Below are positions 15,323 to 18,225 of a stretch of 18,225 bases of DNA, piece by piece. Each line of letters opens with the position of its first letter. Position 1 is the first letter of the stretch. The position numbers and the translations under genes were made by a program. The stretch comes from Chlamydiia bacterium (GTDB lineage Bacteria; Chlamydiota; Chlamydiia; Chlamydiales; Parachlamydiaceae), in the NCBI GenBank assembly GCA_038257035.1, contig JBBSJT010000044.1:1-18225 (forward strand), in the 5' to 3' direction. The notes below the pieces were generated by a model that was given only the letters and a program-made list of their open reading frames with translations, was not told where the DNA came from and ran no database searches.

Positions 15323-18225
15323 ATGGATAATAAACAGATCATTCTAAAAAAAGTTAATGTTCATAATCTTAAATCTGTTGATTTAACATTAGAAAAAAAT
15401 CAGCTGATTGTTTTTTCTGGCGTTTCAGGTTCCGGAAAATCCTCCCTTGCATTTGACACACTCTACGTCGAAGGTCAAAGACGCTACGTTGAATCACTCT
15501 CTACATTTGCAAAACGACAATTAGGCGAAATGAGCAAACCTGACATTGAAAGCGCAACCGGCATTTCTCCCACAATTTCCATTGAACAAAAAACGGCCGG
15601 GAAAAATCCAAGATCAAATGTTTCGACTATGACGGAGATTTATGATTATCTTCGTGTACTTTATGCAAGAGTTGGAGTTCCACACTGCCCCATTAGTGGC
15701 GAAAAAGTAATGCCTGAAAGCCGCGAAAAAATCATCAAGACCGTGCAAAATACGATGGTTAACAAAAAATTGATTATTTTAGCTCCTTACGCAAAAGGCA
15801 AAAAGGCAGAGTTTAAAGAAGATTTTCAAGACCTTTTAAGAAAAGGTTTCATGCGGGCAAGAGTTGATGGTAAAATCATTAATTTAAACGATGAAATTAC
15901 CCTCGATGGCACAAAAGCGCACGATGTGGATGTGGTGATCGATCGGATAGTTGTAAAACCTGAAAATGACTCAAGAATTTCAGAGTCACTATTTGCCGCA
16001 TTGAATTTGGGTGCAGGAGTCTGCAGTGTCCAAGATGCGGACACTCTGGAAGAAACTCTTTTTTCCATGCATGCCTTTTCAAAAAAATCGGGTCTTTATT
16101 ACTCATCCTTAGAGCCTCATGATTTTTCCTTCAATAGCCCCGGTGGAATGTGCCCGACATGTAGCGGTCTTGGAGTGGCAAGTGAATTTGATTTAAACCT
16201 TATTATTGATGAAGATTTAAGTATTTCTGAAGATTGCTGCTCTATTGGAAGCTCTTACAGAACAGTTCGTTTTGGAAACATTTACGACAACTTAGCCGCC
16301 ATTTATGGGTTTAGCGTAACGACACCTTGGAAAAAACTTACCCAAAAAGCTAAAAATATATTTTTGTATGGTACAGAAAATAAATGGACCCGAATGAATT
16401 TTATTCATCCTGAGACACATGCCACCTGGGTTGATCATGTGAGATGGAGGGGTGTTCTTTACGAGGCGCATGCAAGGTTTGCCGAAGCTACTAGTGATTC
16501 TTACCGCAATAGAATGAAAAAGCTGATGCGCGAGCAAACCTGCCCTGTTTGCAAAGGTGAGAAATTAAAGCCTTATCCTGCAGCCACACTTCTTAACGGT
16601 GTAAGAATAGCCAAGCTTACCTCCATGACCATTGCAGATACTTTGGAATTTTTTAAAAATTTAAAGTTAACAAAAAATGAATTGCTTATTGCAGACGAAC
16701 TTTTAAAAGAAATTAAAGAGCGGTTGCAGTTTTTAATGGAAGTTGGGCTTCATTATTTGACGCTTGATCGAACAGCTCCGACTTTATCCGGTGGAGAGGC
16801 TCAAAGGGTGCGCCTTGCCTCGCAAATTGGTTGCGGACTGGTCGGAATTACCTATATTTTAGATGAACCATCCATCGGGTTGCACCCACGCGATAACCGA
16901 AAACTGATCAAAACGTTAAAACATCTAAGAGACATTGGAAATACTGTCATTGTTGTGGAACATGATGAGGAAACCATTTTAGAGGCGGATCATATTGTGG
17001 ATGTGGGCCCGGGCCCAGGTTCACGTGGCGGTGAAATTGTTGTGGATGGCACTGTTTCAGACCTTCTTGAAAGTAAAACCTCATTTACCGGAAGGTATTT
17101 GTCCGGAGCTTTAAAAATTGAGATCCCTAAAAAACGAAGAAAGCCTACCAAAGAATTTATCGAAATAAAAAACGCGACGCATCACAATTTAAAAAACATC
17201 AATGCTAAATTTCCGGTCGGTTTATTTACTGCAGTAACCGGGGTTTCAGGTTCCGGTAAATCATCTCTTGTCACAGATATTCTTTATCCTGCGTTATCCA
17301 ACTTTCTGCATCATGGCGAGCATCAAGTGGGTGCGCACAAGGAAATTAAGGGGTTGGAGTTTATTGACAAAGTGATTGCGATCGACCAATCCCCTATCGG
17401 AAGAACCCCAAGATCCAACCCCTCTACATATATTAAACTTTTTGATGAAATTCGTGATCTTTTTAGTCAATTACCTGAAAGTGCAGCAAGGGGTTACAAA
17501 GCGGGAAGATTTAGCTTTAACGTGAAAGTTGGCTCTTGTCCTGAATGTGAAGGCATGGGCATGGTCAAGATCGACATGGACTTTATGGAAGATGCATTTG
17601 TTGATTGCCCCGTTTGTAAGACAAAACGTTTTGATCCCGAAACACTTTCTGTTTTTTACAAGGGAAAAAATATTTATGACATCCTTGAAATGGAAGTGCA
17701 TGAAGCATTGGAATTTTTTCAGAATCATCCTTCGATCAAGCATAAGCTTGAAACCTTAAAAAAGGTAGGTCTTGAATACCTTAAGCTTGGACAATTCTCC
17801 ACTACATTGTCGGGAGGTGAGGCCCAACGCATTAAGCTTGCAAAAGAGCTTGTCAGACCATCGACCGGTAAAACTCTATATATTTTGGACGAACCAACCA
17901 CAGGTTTGCATTTTCATGACATTAAACACTTACTTGAAGTCTTACATGAGCTTGTCGACCGCGGAAATACTGTGATCGTAATTGAACATAATATGGACGT
18001 TGTTAAAACTGCCGATTGGATTATTGATATTGGCCCTGATGGAGGCTCTTACGGCGGTGAAGTTGTTGCATCTGCAAAGCCTGAAGTTATTGCAAAGATG
18101 GACACACCGACAGGTAAATACCTTTCATTAAGTTTGCACCCTCAAACACACCAACCAAAAGAAAAAGAAAATCAGCAATCTGTTGAGGCCATTAACGAAA
18201 TCAGTGTGACAGGCGCTTGTCAAAA
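15323..18225 (+). CDS. uvrA: Excinuclease ABC subunit A, partial (double-length chlamydial type); missing from the ORF track because it has no stop in the window
   Basis: ATG 15323: MDNKQIILKKVNVHNLKSVDL...GVSGSGKSSLAFDTLYVEGQRRYVESLS. LSGGEAQRVRLA, LDEPSIGLH, a second GVSGSGKSS and LSGGEAQRIKLA, LDEPTTGLH follow, then a linker and EISVTGACQ(N), the start of a second UvrA module. Confidence 0.97.
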   Translation, partial: MDNKQIILKKVNVHNLKSVDLTLEKNQLIVFSGVSGSGKSSLAFDTLYVEGQRRYVESLSTFAKRQLGEMSKPDIESATGISPTISIEQKTAGKNPRSNVSTMTEIYDYLRVLYARVGVPHCPISGEKVMPESREKIIKTVQNTMVNKKLIILAPYAKGKKAEFKEDFQDLLRKGFMRARVDGKIINLNDEITLDGTKAHDVDVVIDRIVVKPENDSRISESLFAALNLGAGVCSVQDADTLEETLFSMHAFSKKSGLYYSSLEPHDFSFNSPGGMCPTCSGLGVASEFDLNLIIDEDLSISEDCCSIGSSYRTVRFGNIYDNLAAIYGFSVTTPWKKLTQKAKNIFLYGTENKWTRMNFIHPETHATWVDHVRWRGVLYEAHARFAEATSDSYRNRMKKLMREQTCPVCKGEKLKPYPAATLLNGVRIAKLTSMTIADTLEFFKNLKLTKNELLIADELLKEIKERLQFLMEVGLHYLTLDRTAPTLSGGEAQRVRLASQIGCGLVGITYILDEPSIGLHPRDNRKLIKTLKHLRDIGNTVIVVEHDEETILEADHIVDVGPGPGSRGGEIVVDGTVSDLLESKTSFTGRYLSGALKIEIPKKRRKPTKEFIEIKNATHHNLKNINAKFPVGLFTAVTGVSGSGKSSLVTDILYPALSNFLHHGEHQVGAHKEIKGLEFIDKVIAIDQSPIGRTPRSNPSTYIKLFDEIRDLFSQLPESAARGYKAGRFSFNVKVGSCPECEGMGMVKIDMDFMEDAFVDCPVCKTKRFDPETLSVFYKGKNIYDILEMEVHEALEFFQNHPSIKHKLETLKKVGLEYLKLGQFSTTLSGGEAQRIKLAKELVRPSTGKTLYILDEPTTGLHFHDIKHLLEVLHELVDRGNTVIVIEHNMDVVKTADWIIDIGPDGGSYGGEVVASAKPEVIAKMDTPTGKYLSLSLHPQTHQPKEKENQQSVEAINEISVTGACQ

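Noticed and set aside
15826..17975. Short ORFs inside uvrA, and similar ones inside typA, rtcB, TPR and yyaL
   Set aside because: Alternative-frame or antisense shadows of well-supported genes.

Overview
AT-rich bacterial window, very probably from an environmental chlamydia (Parachlamydiales-like). This rests on a chlamydial-type MgtE N-terminus, a UvrA that runs into a second UvrA module, and several F-box-like effector-type genes. Gene order: partial ORF(-), mgtE(-), F-box-like gene(-), a frameshifted paralog(-), typA/bipA(+), rtcB(-), 2H-phosphoesterase-archease fusion(-), F-box/ankyrin-like gene(-), TPR protein(-), YyaL/DUF255 protein(-), partial uvrA(+). The most notable element is a translationally coupled two-gene RNA-repair module: a ThpR/LigT-like 2H phosphoesterase fused to a compact archease domain, directly upstream of an archaeal/eukaryote-type RtcB ligase. 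This module lies between two copies of a promoter...terminator frame. One copy holds the F-box/ankyrin gene. The other holds no credible ORF and is a candidate ~190-nt RNA. Intergenic spaces carry several long inverted-repeat (REP/MITE-like) families. All calls come from reading the sequence; no database searches were run.
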